Of a stretch of 64,000 bases of DNA, positions 62,331-64,000 are shown piece by piece. Source of the DNA: Glycera tridactyla (taxonomy: Eukaryota). The notes under the pieces were generated by a model. That model saw only the letters and a program-made list of their open reading frames with translations, had not been told where the DNA came from and did no database searches. The stretch lies in NCBI GenBank assembly GCA_965644265.1, contig OZ286465.1:51212001-51276000 (forward strand), written 5' to 3'. The translations under genes were made by a program, and so were the position numbers. Position 1 is the stretch's first letter. The number at the start of each line of letters is the position of its first letter.

Positions 62331-63181
62331 GTAGGAAACAAAGTCATGTAAACACAAGGTAACATCAACAAAAACAGCAAATAAACATTGAGACCTGGGG
62401 TCTAAACATATATACGCAATTCACGAAAGGCAGCTTATGAGCCGTGTCCCTGGCACAGAATACTGGTTTGTTTTCTTGATATGCGAGACACATGTCATGA
62501 CCACGTTAATCTACGAATGGATTACTATCAATGGAGAGAGACTATTCCGTAGGTGGCCATGTCTTTGTGATATGGATTCATCTTTGGTGTTCTAGAATCA
62601 GTTAGAATTGAAGATACATTCAAGAGTTAATACGGTAGTTGAATGGGATGCTATGATCATCCGGCGTAGTCAGACGCATGTGTAGTCGATACATGTATTT
62701 TGGGAATACCACGAGATAATTTCAGTGTTACTCAATAATGCACTTACTGGAGAAACATAAGTTTTGCCAGAATACCACTAGGTGGGTGGTTCAGAGTGTA
62801 TACCCTTCCCCCAGGACCCGCAACCTAGTTCCGAACTAGTTACATACATAATAACACTAGGAAGGGCAAATTAACCGTTTACAATAGATGGCGGTCTTAG
62901 TTCTCCTATCTCCCAGCACGTCGCTCAGGGATTAAGTTTGCCTGACAATCAATCCCAGTAGTTTCCCGTCCAAAGGTGCACCACGATAAGTATTGGGGAT
63001 ACTTTTAGACTCACGGGCTGATGTCTTTCGACACATAGACCATTTAATCTCAGAAGATAGCCACGGGTATTTGTCTGGCTGATAACTACCGGCACATAAG
63101 TTATAACATTAGGAAACACGAGGTGGCGCTACTCACGGTCGCTGCCTCGTAGGTCCGCCCGCCGTACGACGACGACGGCGA

Positions 63182-63210
63182 CGTGTGTGTGTGTGTGTGT
63201 GTACGTGTGC

Positions 63211-63268
<58 letters not shown>
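63182..63268. repeat. (TG)n microsatellite
   Basis: TG run. Confidence 0.95.
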
Positions 63269-63271
<3 letters not shown>

Positions 63272-64000
63272 CGCGCTTGTGTGTGGAGGGGGCAGGAAGA
63301 GACGTTCTGAAATTCACTGAAGCGTGAGGATGCGTCGCTCATGCGAATTTTCCACACCTCCTCTCTAACCGTGGCCTGTCATCGGACACATAGTCAGATA
63401 GACCAGTAAAACCAGTGCCCAGGTCGAGTGTCTAGTGTCATTTGAAACAGTGGCTATCAGAGATGGGTTGAGCCAACATGTGTCAGTGCGGTCGTTATTG
63501 TATCAGTGGTGCAAGCGTCGGTGGTCAAGCGTTTTGTGGCTACTGTAAACAAACACCTCACACCCAATGTAGACCCCCACTCTTGGATTTGATTTGATAT
63601 TTCTTCATTTGTAAAATTAAATCAATGGGTGTGTGGGGGGGGGGGTCGATTTTTGAATTACACAATACAAGAGAAAGAGTAAATAGAAGCTATTCAGAAA
63701 ATGAATAATTCAAGTGCCTCAGTGGAGAATCAGATAACCATCAAGCAAATTAGACTAGGAGGTGGCGAAATAGGGAAACTCTTCATATCTGTGATTAATA
63801 GGAGTAGAGCGCCCCTTTCCTGACCCATGGAAAGGGGCAATAGTGACCCCATTTTTTAACACTGGAAATCTCCCAAGAAGTTATCGGCCGATGTCGGCTT
63901 CGCCATTCGTGGGAAAGGTCTTAGAAGCGAGTCATACATGCACATGACATCATCATCTTATTGTCTGATCACAATACCCAATTGAGGGCTCAGTCCGGGT

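Overview
Eukaryotic window from an intron-rich animal genome, probably an invertebrate (inference from gene and repeat content). Seven 158-209 nt N-runs hide sequence. Host genes: (1) the 3' ~810 codons of a + strand MET/RON-family receptor tyrosine kinase (15 exons, 2-13071). A 6-Cys laminin-EGF-type module sits directly before three IPT domains, where MET has its PSI domain. (2) Two intact, tandem, minus-strand SLC17/sialin-like transporter paralogs (22297-32927 and 43842-59641), each with 11 coding exons of matching length and phase. A decayed copy of the kinase's last intron and exon at ~42050-42633 marks the edge of the segmental duplication that made the second SLC17. Between the SLC17 copies is a ~7.2 kb Neptune-like Penelope retroelement (33944-41107). 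It has two ~670 bp pseudo-LTRs that each carry a hammerhead-ribozyme core, a 144-nt GC-rich hairpin, an extra upstream coiled-coil ORF, and RT plus GIY-YIG split by one TGA. Other repeats: a decayed Penelope RT whose 265-bp slice became a 5-copy array, a 32-bp minisatellite traceable to one ancestral unit in the paralog, a near-perfect 978-bp duplication, L2/Crack and RTE fragments, a Polinton-type DNA polymerase B C-terminal fragment, a TIR MITE family and microsatellites. All exon calls, translations and alignments were done by eye, without database searches. Repeat boundaries are approximate.
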